DNA of 64,000 bases from Octopus sinensis (lineage: Eukaryota): assembly GCF_006345805.1 (NCBI RefSeq), contig NC_042999.1, positions 172,918,001 through 172,982,000 of the forward strand, written 5' to 3'. Position 1 is the first letter of the stretch; each line of letters starts with the position of its first letter. This document shows positions 1 to 13,324 of this stretch, piece by piece. A model generated the notes under the pieces. The model had not been told where the DNA came from, searched no databases, and saw nothing but the letters and a program-made list of their open reading frames with translations. Made by a program: the position numbers and the translations under genes.

Positions 1-125
1 TCTACTCTTGGCATAAGACTCGACAGTACGCAGCTAGTACTTAATTTATCGACCACGAAAGGATAACAGGCAAAGTCAACGTAAGCATTTCCCCTGGCGT
101 GCTAACGTTTTTGCCTGTTCGCTGC
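1..125 (-). mobile_element. Degenerate fragment of SINE family B (tRNA-derived)
   Basis: tacttaatttatcgaccacgaaaggataacaggcaaagtcaac and gcgtgctaacgttt are reverse-complement matches to better copies at 13325 and 24595. Confidence 0.6.
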
Positions 126-269
126 CATGTACGCGCATTCATATTAGGATGTATATACGTGTGTGCATTTTCGAGTACAACACAATTTATTTTCAGTCCA
201 TATTATCTTCCATGATTTCAATATTTCATTATTTATTTATTTTACCTTTATTCATTATTTGCATTCCTT

Positions 270-425
270 TAGTGTGGTGAACAGGCAGAGTCGTTAGACC
301 ATCGCAAAAGTATCTCTTACACTATATTTTCAATGTCCTCATGTGCTGATATCAAATACCGCCGGGTTTAACTTTAGATTTCCTCCCTCAAACTGGGATC
401 AAACAAACCTACTGTCAAGTGCCAA
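270..425 (+). mobile_element. Highly degenerate SINE family B copy
   Basis: ggcagagtcgttag ... tcaaataccgccggg ... aacttt resembles the head and core of the copy at 24595. Confidence 0.35.
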
Positions 426-3046
426 ATCGGCAGTTCCGACTACGTTACCATCCACCATATTATACCTAAATCTGCAACAGTTATATTCGTACCCTATATT
501 TCATGTTATTTGTTATAATTCTTTGTATTTAATTCTATACTTTGTTCATCGCAATTTTCTTCTCGTAACTAAAAATTGAAATACCTTATCACTTTTTGTC
601 ACGCATAATAAAACAACTTAACTCTTAGTATTTTCCCTCACTCAAAATATATACTAGTTTGCAAACCGCAAGAAAATCGAAGCTATTTGACATTTTCTAA
701 CTTTTCTAGATGCAGTAAAGTGTCTGAAGAATTGCTAATAGCAGCAGGAAACTTTGAGAATCAGATATATTTTATAAGATTTCAAGTAAAACGTTGCATA
801 CATAAACACTCTTTGCATGTATACATGCATATATGTGAGTGTGTGTGTGTGCCTACATTGTGTATGTGTGTGTTGAGTTGTAACACTTGATATATTTCAG
901 TGGCATTGTATTACAGTAGGTGGTAGCGTGACATAGTATAATGCAGTAGCGTAGAATTTAGAGACATTTTGTTAATAATGTGCCATCAGTATATTTGTAT
1001 TTCAGCAGAATTCAGTTCCTGTTTCATGACCGTAACTTCCTATCCTGATCATTTCTTATGGCAGGCGTATTTTCTAACATACTACTTTTCAGCAATGTTA
1101 AGCATGTCCTACTTTTTCGTAGCTCAGAAACTTACGCCTGTCACAATACTGTGTCTTAAAACACAAATGATGTCGTGCTCTTTAGCTATGAAAGCTTTAT
1201 TGCTCTGTCATTTTGATTAAATATATTCGACTAAACACGAGCTCACGAGCTTGTTCTAGAATAACAGTAAGATTACATTGACTTCAATTCACTTCACTTC
1301 ATTGCAATAAAAATATATTATTATTGACATTGTATTTGAAGACGATTTAGTCTATGTAACAGAGTATAAACGATGTGTGTGTGTCTCAGTCAGAGAGAAA
1401 TTGATTCACTTATATTTCGTCTGAGAAGTTAGGAAGGGAAATCAAAAGGATGATGACAAACTATCTACTGTCCATTTAAATACATACTTTCACACGCACA
1501 CACACAGGCACACACACAAACACACATTCTCACTCGCTCACGCACACACACGCACACACACAAACACATATACACACACAAATACATGCTTAGACACATA
1601 GAAATTTCATCAAAAGACAGTTTCCACATAGAAACAATGTTTATGTATGAAAATATGATTCGGAAAAATGAAGAGCCATGCCATCTACCTCTCTCACACT
1701 CTCTCTCTTTCTCTCGGTCTTTTTCACTATATTTTCTCTATATATCACATGCACCCTGCGCGCGCGCGTGTGTGTCTGTTCTAAAAGGATATACTTCAAG
1801 GTCTCTCTAACTTCACTGTAATATCGACAGGGAAAAATTAATTAATCGATAAGAGAATCAATTTAGTCCTTTTTTTAATTTTAATTACAGAGTTAATCAA
1901 CTGAGTGAAAAGTTATTTTAAACGTCGATTGCCTCAGACGGGCAATATCTTTTAATCGTGGAGACATCCTCATTCACTTCATAACTTTTTAATTCTAATA
2001 ACGTGAAGAATCAAAAATAATTTGCTTCTTAGGGACATTGATTATGCAAATCCAAAGACCTACTTAGTATTCAATGGAATGTGTAATGAACCTACTGACT
2101 GTGTTCATTTAAAGAAAGTAATGTCTCGAAACAATTTCGCTCTTAAGTCTACAACTGTTACAAGCCAACTAAAGTCATTTAATATGGGAACTTTATCTGT
2201 TAGAAACAGCAACCTAATTTCACAAAAGTCGCAACGATAAGTCGCAATATATCGTCTTAAATGCGAGATAATTACGGCTGTACGGAGCCTCCGCCATAGC
2301 TCCTTTCAGAGATAACTGACCATGAGCCATAACAAATTCTAAATTTAACTGAAATGTTATTGTGATAAAACAACTACTCTTTCATAAATTAAGTAAGCGC
2401 TATCTGCCTAATAGTTGCTACATAACAAGATTACTAAAAGCATTCGGTTGCTTTCAAAATACAAAACTAACACAAAAAGAAATACAAAACCAATACAAAA
2501 AGAAAATCATAAATTCAACAATAACTGCATGAATGAAACTTAAATTCAATTTCATATCACACGTAATTCTACGCTAATCTGTCCATGCCACTATAATCGT
2601 CGTTAGGCAAACCCGATCTGCAATATATAGTTCCGTTTAATATTGCAACAGATACATTATCATGGGTAAATATCTCCACTAAGTAAAGTGTATTACTGTT
2701 ATTTATCTCAAGTTATGTTATGGCAAATCTCAAGTTAAGTTATGGCGTACTGCTCTGCTATGAGACCCACGATAAATACCACCTATCACATACATATGTG
2801 ACTTCAGATTAGAAAGTAATAAAAATATAAAGAATTATTGTGCATAAGAGAATTAACTAGAATTGGAAAATTGCCGATGAGAGATATATTATCAAGACGG
2901 AATTATATTATTCAGCAAGTAAGTTATTGAATTTTGATGTGAGTTAATTTACTTCTGAGACAGAATCGTGTACCGAGTTGCTTGATGAGTAGTAAACTAC
3001 GCATAATCTTTATGACGATAGAAAATAGTGCATATATATATATATA

Positions 3047-3279
3047 TTTGTAAAGAATAAAAAGTTTTGAATAGTACAACAATGCACTATAATACAAACA
3101 ATGGGTTATATACCTGTTGTAATTTAGTCATCCATAGTCTCATAGGATATTTCAGAATAGAATTCCTTCTTCAGATATTCGTAGATGGTGTCGCTTTGAC
3201 TAAATTACAACAGGTATATAGCCCATTGTTTGTATTATAGTGCATTGTTGTATTATTTAAAACTTTTGTTCTTTACAAA
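3047..3279. repeat. Fold-back element: ~84-bp inverted arms, 66-bp spacer, abutting (TA)n
   Basis: 3047-3130 is the reverse complement of 3197-3279 with a few mismatches (e.g. gcactataatacaaacaatggg / cccattgtttgtattatagtgc). Confidence 0.9.
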
Positions 3280-3569
3280 CAATACACAATGCTTCAAGCG
3301 AACTACAAAACACTCCTATACGACTTGGTGTGTTTTCGTACCCGTAATCTAACGGTTCAGTAAAAAGTTCCGATAGAATAAGTACTATAAACCGTTCTTT
3401 ATATATAGAGAGATATAAATATAGATGTATATTAAACAAGATTTATTCTTGAACAGAGTTCTTCGAAAACAGTGGTTCTACTATACACACACACTGACAC
3501 ACACACACACAGACATATATGTTATATGTCTGTGTCTATGCGTTTATGTATTTCTTTGTATTTATTTAT

Positions 3570-3593
3570 ATAGATAGATAGATATATATATAT

Positions 3594-3656
<63 letters not shown>
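3570..3656. repeat. (GATA)n microsatellite
   Basis: Directly visible. Confidence 0.95.
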
Positions 3657-3657
<1 letters not shown>

Positions 3658-6180
3658 CTGTTGATTGTACCATAGTCGCGTGCACTGATATCATAAATGT
3701 AAAATGAGCGTGACGTGTTGGACAACACTAGATATTTAAGCTAAAGCTGAATTTTATTCATCGGTCTTGTACATTTCTCATCCACTCAAATTACTCTCGT
3801 ACCCTTCTGCATAATCACACAGATATTGACTTAGAATTATTATAATTCAGTTTGCATACTTCATCGTATATCATATATCAATGTATCACGATTCATGATT
3901 TCACCTTTTTTCTACACCATTTAACATTGCTCTTGATTTTACATTTCAACATGGACGAATACCTATCTTGGGTCAATCTTTTCATACACATTTCTATTGC
4001 TCTTATATTATATAGTTTGTAGTTTTTACTTAAATATTTACACAGCTATCAATTTGTGCTTATGCATATAGTTATATTTGGAGAATTACTTTTTGTAGAA
4101 AACAATCAATGTGTGTAAATATGTAATTATACAGCAATATATACATGTGTATGGTACATGCGTGCGCATGGAACCTGTATTATAGTGGATGTGTTTGAAT
4201 TTCTACAATTGCTTATATGTATACACTGGTTTTTGCTTGTTTTTTTTTTCATTGCATCAAAATATTACCTACAATTTCATGCTGTATTAATTTTAGGTGA
4301 ATTATTGCTTCTTAATCATGTTACAGTATTAGATAACATGTGTGTCTCTCTCTTTTTTCTACCTTCATCAATCTCCTTGCCAATATCTATATTCATATGT
4401 ATCTAAATACTGAAGCATACACACATGTACGCACATATATGTATGATAGAGGATGTCTACGTGTATATGCATATTTATATAACTTTGCATCTGTCGTATA
4501 CAGATTAAATTTCGCCTCGTCTAATTCCTGTTCTAATTTTATTTCTGTGCTTTCTTTATCATTTATAAAATTAGTATTTATAATAAACTTGTTATCGTTT
4601 TCATATATTCAAAATACTCAAAATTTGCGTCAAGTTGGTTTAGAATTCTTAGCTAATTCACACTCTTTAGTCAGACGTGAGTACGAATAATTTAATTTGA
4701 TATAATCTAATCAAATTTTATTGAATTTATTCGTAGATTACGACGATGTACATGTGTACATATACAAATATCTGTGGTAGTATGTAAGTGTGTTTGGGCA
4801 TATGTATGTGTTCATACATGTACATGTATGTATGCATGGATATCTCTGTATGTATAGATATCTCTATGTATATATATATATGTATATCCCTGTAATTTAA
4901 TGAATACGTATCAATCTAATACTACTCTGTTTTAATTCATATTTAGTTTAATACATATTTGAATAAGTTTGGTATACGTCATATTTTACAAGTATTTTAA
5001 TTTTTTGAAATTTTATTTACTGACGAATACCTTCTCACTAATTCTGTAAATTATTACTTACCTAATACTTAACTACTGCAGTTGAAATTCTATTATAAGT
5101 CTAGTTTTCAATAAAGCATTGTAATTTATAAATTAATCATGTTTCTCAGGCTATAAGTGCGGAAAAATTTTCATTTGAATAAAACTGTAAAGCTGTGCTG
5201 TAATATTTAGTGTTTTTCTGGTATGTTTACATAAAGATAACAGTTGGTTCAGAAGTATTTGTTTATTTAGATATTTGTTTATTTAAACAACAGCCGTATT
5301 TTACGCGATGATTGCATATGTACTACGCGATTGCTACCATTACTTTGTGGTTGGAACTAACATTCGTTGTATAAACTTATGCACAATGCGACATATGCAA
5401 TATCTATAAGAATCACAAGTAATGACATTTCCTGTATGTATTAACTAAGGGATGTGATAAAACTTTCTTAATTTGATTTTGACGTTTTTATTTTAGAAAC
5501 TCCATTTATTTGTCTTGCGCATAATTTGATAGAGTCTATTTTCATTGTTGCATTGAATGTGTCCTTTTATATTGTTATGAAATACGTTAGAATTTTCTTT
5601 TTAATATTTGGTGGTAGTATTTATCATTTCCCTCATATACAGTTCATGGTGCATAACTCTGAAATATCAGAAATGTAACTAATTGTCTCTAAATTTACTG
5701 TGTAAATTTTTTAATTCTATATTCAGTTAAATGCTGCAAAATATTGTAGCACGTAAATAAAATGATTTAAATATATTTAATAAAAAACATTAACCTGATT
5801 CCTCCTTGAGCCTCTATATTCCTTAACTTGTAGATGTTTTTAGATCTTTAAGAAATTTTTGAAATATTGTACTTTTATGAATATGTCAACATCACGTGAT
5901 ATTTCTATGCAGTTTATATCTAGACAGAAATTTCTTGCGTAATTTGTTTTATTATACGTTTGTTTTTGCTTTTGCTAATAATTGAATAAATAGTAGTACT
6001 AATCTGGTAGATATGCATGTTTATTCCTGATGAATGTTGTGAACTGAAGAGCAAATCACTAATACTGCCGCTAGGCTTTAATTCTTAAAAGTAAGTATCA
6101 CCAATATTTTGACGAAATGAATCACGTGCAAGCATGTATATACTATGAACTAGGCATATTATTTAACACATATATGTATG

Positions 6181-6231
<51 letters not shown>

Positions 6232-7239
6232 TTAAGATATATATACATATTTATATATATGTTGGTTGTCTACTCCTTAGCAGAGTCTGACCACCTCCTG
6301 TACCTACACCATACATTCATTAATAGAGCAATCGATTTTAAATTATATTTGTGATCGCTGTGCTGGAAGCTATTAGTACGTAACTGTACTTTCACTCTTA
6401 CGCAAATTAAACAAAGCAATTTTGTTCTTACGTATTTGCCTATATAGCATCTACGAAAGGGTGCTGAAATGGTCTTGGCTTTCGGTAAATGAAAATACAG
6501 GAGGATCAGTTAATTATGATTTTATCCTCTCAGATTCTCTCACATATTACAGCGGCCCTTCAGTTTTTCTAAGCCATGTGAAAAAACTCAGAAGGTTCAG
6601 CTTCCATTCAGGCCTTAAGGCACTGTGCAACGCTACTCGGTAACATCCCTTTATCTTACAGCTGAAATTAAAACCGATGGTATATCTCCTATTTTTGTGT
6701 TCACAAACAAGTCGCATGAGTAAGATTTTGATATTTCTCAATTTATCATAAGTACGGAAATTAATTATGTAATTCATTCAAGTCACTAGCCTTTACATTC
6801 TGATACAGTTTAGATGGAAAATTGAACTAAAGCTGTTGTATACATCGGAAATAATTCTAACCTTCCTTCCTGTACATGGAGAGCAAATAAATAAGTGGTT
6901 TCGCATGTAGACTGAAGGATGCTTAAAATTAGTTCATTTATTTCTTTTGTCTCTGATATAGAGAGCGCTGCTTGCAATATGAGCCATTCCTGTAATTTTC
7001 ACAGCGAAGATGACTGTTTATTAAATATAGATATGAGTTGAAGTCTATCGCCTACTTTAAATTATCCCACACACCGTTGTATATTGCACTAGCCATTAAT
7101 TTATTCAAAGTGCAAATACCTCTTATTTGATCAGACTAGACGGAGTAATTTAGATCTTTCCGATTTTGCATATTATTTTAATTTTATTTTTTATTCATTT
7201 ACTTATTTATTTACTTATATATATATATACTTATTGCTT

Positions 7240-7394
7240 GTTTCAGTCATCAGATTGTGGTCGTGCTAGGGCACTACTTTGAAGAATTTTAGTCAAATGT
7301 AACGACCCCAGTAATTTTTTATATCGTTAAGCCTGTTATTATTTTCTAACCCTGCTTTTTGTTGAAACACGGTGTTAAGGAGAGGTAAACACAC

Positions 7395-7395
<1 letters not shown>
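7240..7395 (-). mobile_element. SINE family A, 3' part, followed by (CA)n
   Basis: cttgtttcagtcat ... gtggtcgtgctagggcac is the reverse complement of the gtgctccagcatggccgcagtcaaatgactgaaacaag tail seen at 21240-21300 and 47440-47480. Confidence 0.65.
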
Positions 7396-7462
<67 letters not shown>

Positions 7463-8044
7463 GTATATATATATATATATAAGTGAGTAAGATTCCATTG
7501 AATTAGGTACTTAAATTGAGGCAGATTGTTAGGTTGGTATGTTGGTATAATCCACACATCGAAACAATATTAATGGAATATTGAATATCAAAACTCTGTG
7601 TAGGAGTAATCTACTTGATATTCCAGATGTGTGTTCAGACAGCGCAACGCAGATAAGTATTTCAGACATATACTTTATATACTCTTGGTATTTCAGACAT
7701 ATACTTTATGTAAAGGTACTTTCTGTAGTATTTCCGGAATGGAGATTCAAAAGTAGGTGGATAAAATTTAAATGTGTAACGAAGAAGTACAAGTGTCAAT
7801 TCATTGCGGCCGTTTCAAGCGACTTATTATGCAAAAGACATGACAACAGTAACAAAGTAAATATTTTGAGTTCCATTACAGATGTGAATACGTTATAGCA
7901 GTGGTTGTATCCTTTGTGATATCAATCTATGCGGTCATCTGACGAGAATCGTTTCTTTCAAATGATCTAATGTTTTCCTCAATCAGTTAAATGAGTCACT
8001 TCAAACGGCCGTAATGAAGTAACACCTGTATATCTTCGTTACCC

Positions 8045-8082
<38 letters not shown>

Positions 8083-8504
8083 ATAAGCTTGTAATGTTAC
8101 CGCTTTCTTCACATTTAACAGCGTTGCCAATTTTCACTGAAAAGACAAAACGTTGAAATCCACCTTACTTTGTGACTAATATTTAAAGCCTCTATTGCAT
8201 TTCACTAAAATTAATTGAAATACGTTGCCAGCACCTGAATTGTTAATGAAATAATTTAGCTCTGTCGAAGTTTGTATGCGTTATGTCAGACGAAAGAGGC
8301 GATAGAGTTTTGGAAGAAATGTTGAAAACACTTTTAATTATTTCGAGATGCTCTTCTTTCTGCTCAGAAAGAATTTAACCTGTCGTGCATCCACAATGTT
8401 CGTCTTATATAGATCTCTAAAATTGCGGAGTTTTTCCCCTAATTCTTCCAACAAATGTGTTTAGTAGGTTTCTTTTAATGTATTCATTTGCAAAAGATTG
8501 CACC

Positions 8505-8822
8505 GCCACCATGTGGCTCCAGTTTCAGTCTCACTGCGTGGAACCTTTGGCTAGTGTCTACTACTATAGCCTCTGGCAGACCAAAGCCTTGTGATTGAAT
8601 TGGTAGACGGAAACTGAAAGAAGCATATCGTATTTATATATATGTATATAGGTATGTATTTTCGTGTCTGCGTTTTTCGCGCCACCTTCGCTTCACAACC
8701 GATGTTGGTGTCTTTAGGTCCTCGTAACCTAGCAGTTCAAGAAAAGAGAGCGATAAAATAAGTACTAGGCTTACAAAGAAGCCTGCTGTCGATTAGTTCG
8801 ACCAAAGGCAGTGCTCCAGCAT
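8505..8822 (+). mobile_element. SINE family A
   Basis: Shares ccactgcgtgg, gtagacggaaactgaaagaagc, cgata(g)aataagtactaggcttacaaagaa and gtgctccagcatg with 21040, 47138 and 60090; runs into (ATGT)n/(AGAT)n. Confidence 0.8.
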
Positions 8823-8883
8823 GCATGTATGTATGTATGTATGTATGTATGTATGTATGTATGTATGTATGTATGTATGTATG

Positions 8884-8918
<35 letters not shown>

Positions 8919-8919
8919 G

Positions 8920-9545
8920 TAGAAGGTACAATAAATAAATTTTCTAAACTACGCAAAAATAAAAATGACACTGACATCTCAATTTTACAGATATAATTGC
9001 TAAATTTTTTTTTTAATACTTTGAAATACTAAAAAGTAAATTTATTCAATAAAATTGCCATTAGAATCAACCACTGCCTCCGGACGACTTCGAAATCAGC
9101 TGCAACTCTTCTGAAAGCTGCCATAATCATTGTCTTCAGTTAATCTTTTGTGTTACTGAGTGTTTTATTGGTCTCTCGTTCAACTATGTCTCACACATAA
9201 TAAGCAAGGGAGTTACAGTTTGGGTGTTAGATGGTCAGATGTTAGGGGTGATGTGGTTGCAGAAATTGTCTAACAGCAATAGCTAGGTTCTCCTGCTTGT
9301 GTGAAATGGTACAGAGTGCTGTTGCAAGACATAGGTTCTTCCAGCAGCCGCCCTCTTAATCCAGAGCAGCACTACCTCCTCCAGGCACTTGATTTAGTCC
9401 TCCACGTTGAGTCCGAGGTCCTATTGGAAGATGAATGGAGGCACAAAGTCGCCATCATGAGCAATCACTCCACACACTCTGAAATGTTTGTCGTTTCCAA
9501 ATTTGTGGTAGGATGGCGATGTTTTTCTCACAGACTATGCTCAAC
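8920..9545 (-). mobile_element. Tc1/mariner transposase relic, C-terminal half and 3' end
   Basis: Minus-strand translation gives IKCLEEVVLLWIKRAAAGRTYVLQQ and NCNSLAYYV*DIVERETNK (degenerate QQDxAPxH and SPDxNPLDY regions). Overlaps in sequence with the copy at 43330-43500. Contains stops and frameshifts. Confidence 0.8.
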
Positions 9546-10209
9546 TGATCCTCCTATACTGTGTAGTCAACAAATTCAAAAACAACCAATGCTCATGCGC
9601 GAAATTAAAAGTATAAATGGTGGCAACTTATCCATCGCACGCTTCTATATATATATGGAAAAAATCAAGGTAGAGAATGCTAAAATAATTTTATTAAAAA
9701 AAATTCAGTACTGGTTTCGGTCATTGAGACTTTAACAACTGTAAGTATGGAAAACAATTAAATATTGGAAAAATTAAACGAAAAGTTTTTTGAAAGAATA
9801 TTTGCATAGTATTCAAATACAAAGGGCATTTTCCTTGTTTCTGCCTGTCTCTGTCTCTCTTGTTTACATATATACATGTATGTATAATACTATTTCTCCT
9901 CGAATTTGATGTCTTCCAGCCTTTCATTCCTCGCCTTGTGATTGCATATACAACCAACCAAACATTTTTCATCCTTGTTGTGCAATTAAAATTGCTCAAG
10001 ATTGTCATCCATCTTTCCTAATTCAAAATTACATACAGCTTTTACGTTTCTTTTATCATAATCGGCCAAGAATGCAAGAGTAATATTCGGAATAAAGATT
10101 TGCGAAGTTACAGTTTGTAACAAGATGTATAACTTATTCAGTATAGAAACGTCTTTATAATCCTTGTCCACACGTAAATGAGGACGCTTACAAAGAAAAA
10201 AATAAAACG

Positions 10210-10380
10210 CACAGACATTTGTGTGTGCGTGTTTGTGTGTGTCTTCTGAGTGCGTGCGTTGTGTGTGTGCATGTGTGCTTTGTACAATAGATAGAGATAG
10301 ATAGATATATAGATATAGAAATAGATAGAAAGCCAGATAAATATACACATATATATATATACATATATATTTATATATAT

Positions 10381-10411
<31 letters not shown>

Positions 10412-10500
10412 CAAACGCACATATATATACACACATAAATGTATACAGAGGCATGTATATATATATATATATATGTTTGTATACATATGTATATGTGCAT
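10210..10500. repeat. Compound (TG)/(GATA)/(TA) microsatellite
   Basis: Directly visible; explains ORFs 9986..10486 and 10138..10557. Confidence 0.9.
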
Positions 10501-11448
10501 AACTAATTTCGTGCGTATGGTTGTATGGTTAACGCATGTATGGGTAAATATATGCATCTTATGTCAATTCTTCCATTTCTTTTTGTATGTATTTTGTTAG
10601 CTTCATTGCATATGTTTGCCGATGTATGCATCTGTGTGTATGTTGCATTTTGAGACTGTGTAATTGCCTGTATTTGGGAAAACATGAAATCTCAATTTTG
10701 CGTTGGTTTTCTGCACAGCTGATACAATGAAAGAACCCTCAGGTGACAACCATATTAAAATTCTTTCCCTTGTATTGAAACGTTACTGATTCACAATTTT
10801 GTAAAGAAATTGGACAGCAAAAATTCCCAGTAAACAACGTTGTTAATTGGTATTAATTGTATACATCACTTCTCCAAAATCGCCCTCAGGCCAAATTTCT
10901 TTAGTTCGCATCTAACTGAAATGTATTCTGGCTATCATAAATAACATTTCAATGTAATACATTTCTATTTTTGCATACTAATATTTATAAGTCTTTCGTC
11001 GCACTTAGAATGCAGAATACTATACCGAATAGAAGAAATAAGCATATATATATACAATCAGATAAAAGATTTTTGGGGTGCAAAAGTTATATTCTATGGT
11101 AGCTATTTTTTCTTAATAAGCAAAGTGGTTTACTTCTTATATAGCAATTATACTGGTAATACTTCGATACTCATGCTCTTGCTTGGCGTTTTAGTGAAGA
11201 ATGGAAAATTAGATGGCTTCGTCTGATAATTGAACTCACTACTCTTACTGAGTTTGCAGGGTAGTTACGCCTTACAGTATATTGTAACGTCATTTGTGTA
11301 CATTGGCAATTTATCGCCCTTATTTTCATCAAATCTCGGTAATTGTACCCCTCACATGACCCTCTCTTAACAACTCAATTCTTCTTATCTTTGTCTCTGA
11401 AAAGTTAATACACTAAAATCTGTTTATACACACACACATACACACACA

Positions 11449-11499
<51 letters not shown>

Positions 11500-11572
11500 C
11501 AAAATGTGACCACGTGTATCGTTGGCAATTTTTTTCCTCCGTCTTACCTTCCTTGGATCTTCCTTTTCCTAT

Positions 11573-11702
11573 GCTTCTGACGAAGAGCTTCCCTCGAATC
11601 GTTAAATCCTCTTTCTTTCCTTTCCGGAGCGTCCAATAACACCATACTTGTTCCACGTCCTCGCGTTGTTGTGCTTTTCTTTTTGTGCTTTCATGTTTGG
11701 AT

Positions 11703-11708
<6 letters not shown>
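11573..11708 (+). mobile_element. Penelope-type 3' end with degenerate hammerhead motif, ending in (TA)n
   Basis: gctt-CTGACGA-a-gag-cttcc-ctc-GAAT-CGTT-aaat (GAAA changed to GAAT), then ~100 nt ending ttcatgtttggatta-(TA)n. The same terminus occurs at ~58905-58931. Confidence 0.6.
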
Positions 11709-11749
<41 letters not shown>

Positions 11750-12039
11750 TCTGTTGTTAATAATATACCTATTATACAACAATCTTGCTATCTAAATATA
11801 AAACGTTAAGCCTAGGCAGGAGAACAATGAGTATAGTAATCTCTGCTCAGTCGATACATGGAATTAAGAGCGAATTGACAATTATTTTAATCCACTTATG
11901 GCAAACATCGCCAGAAACGTGAATCAAGAAGGAAAACGTCTTTCAGTGAAATCTCAGTGAAATCTAGAAAACAATTGGCTTTAAGTCTGTAATGAGCCCA
12001 AGGACTAATAATGGTGGAGCGTAACCCTGTTTCGATGTT

Positions 12040-12235
12040 GAGATTACAACAATACTCCCTGAACGGGATGCAGTGTTTTGTTCCCAGCTACAGTAGGAAC
12101 TCGTTGACAGTTGCATTCGTTGGAACTGCATGAAGTGAAGTAATTTATTCAAGAACACAACTTACTGCCCTATCCGGGATTCGAAAGAACGATCATTCGA
12201 TCGGAACTGCAACGCCCTACCCACTGTATCACACA
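12040..12235 (-). mobile_element. Degenerate tRNA-derived SINE (family C-like)
   Basis: tcaagaacacaac ... ccgggattcgaa ... gccctacccact is the reverse complement of a tRNA-like head similar to 37200-37280. Confidence 0.5.
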
Positions 12236-12946
12236 CTTTTACAGGTTTTAAATTACATTCACGAAAATCAAAAAAACACTCTACCTTTCCAAGTGTCATA
12301 TCTCCCATTTTCTACTTCCAAACAATATCTGCCATCCAAGTTGCAATTTGTATTCGAACTTGATTCTGAAAAATAGCATGACAGTGTGGAGAAAATGTAT
12401 TTTTGTCTGTAAGGAATTTCGTGCTAACAGTAAAATCTTTGGACTACAACAACGAACTATCTGGTATTGTCACGTATCAGCATAATTGCGATATACTCCA
12501 GAAATACATACTGTCTATTTTTACCTGAAAATGTATTTAGTCGTAAGCCACAGGCCACTGTCTGGTCTGTAACTTATCTGTCAAATAAATTTGTGTAAAA
12601 TGCAATTTGAAAATGAGGATCACACTCTACAATGTATAACTGGGTAGAGTAAAACAGGAAATAAGTGGAAATGATACGGTTGGAACACGACTGATCAATT
12701 TTGTAATCAAACTCGCAGACGTTCTGGAGTTAATCGAGAATAAAAACATGAAAAGAAATTCATATCGCTCAAACGAAACTCAGATTCACTACCAAAAGGG
12801 TCTTGTTGCAACTATGCAGAAGCAATGCAAGTGAAGAGACCGTGGGACTCTCTATATAGACGCACTAGAATTAATATCCACGTCTATTTAATATTACACC
12901 ATAAATCTAAAAACATGGAAGCAAACATTGGTTAATGTAATCCAGA

Positions 12947-12970
<24 letters not shown>

Positions 12971-12980
<10 letters not shown>

Positions 12981-13270
12981 GAAATGAAGAAAATGCTGAC
13001 AAAATAATTTAAGTAATTTAAGTAATTTAATTAGGTGAAAGTTCTTTTCACCAGTTGCGCATTTGTTATGCTTATCAAAAGATATTTTTTTAAGATAGAT
13101 TTTTTCCTCTTATCCTCTTATCAGATAAGAGGAAAAAATCTATCTTAAAAAAATATCTTTTGATAACCATAACAAATGCATAACCGGTAAAAAGAACTTT
13201 CACCTAATTAAATTACTTAAATTACTTAAATTATTTTGTCAGCATTTTCTTCATTTCCTTTTTTATATAT
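12971..13270. repeat. Near-perfect palindrome: 138-bp arms, 9-nt spacer, TA-flanked
   Basis: 12977-13114 pairs with 13124-13261; 5 mismatches counted by eye; spacer ctcttatca. Confidence 0.95.
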
Positions 13271-13324
13271 CACAACTCGTGTTCCGCATCTCCTTTTTTA
13301 AATATATATATATATATATATGTA

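Noticed and set aside
724-760. CTGAAGA-a-ttgct/agcag-GAAAC hammerhead-like motif
   Set aside because: No GUH triplet or helix I partner follows; at best a decayed relic.
6060-6075. taatactgccg, matching the miR-8/miR-200 5' end
   Set aside because: The match stops after 11 nt and there is no precursor hairpin.
6533-6600. Possible exon after tttatcctctcag
   Set aside because: No strong donor and no recognisable peptide in any frame.
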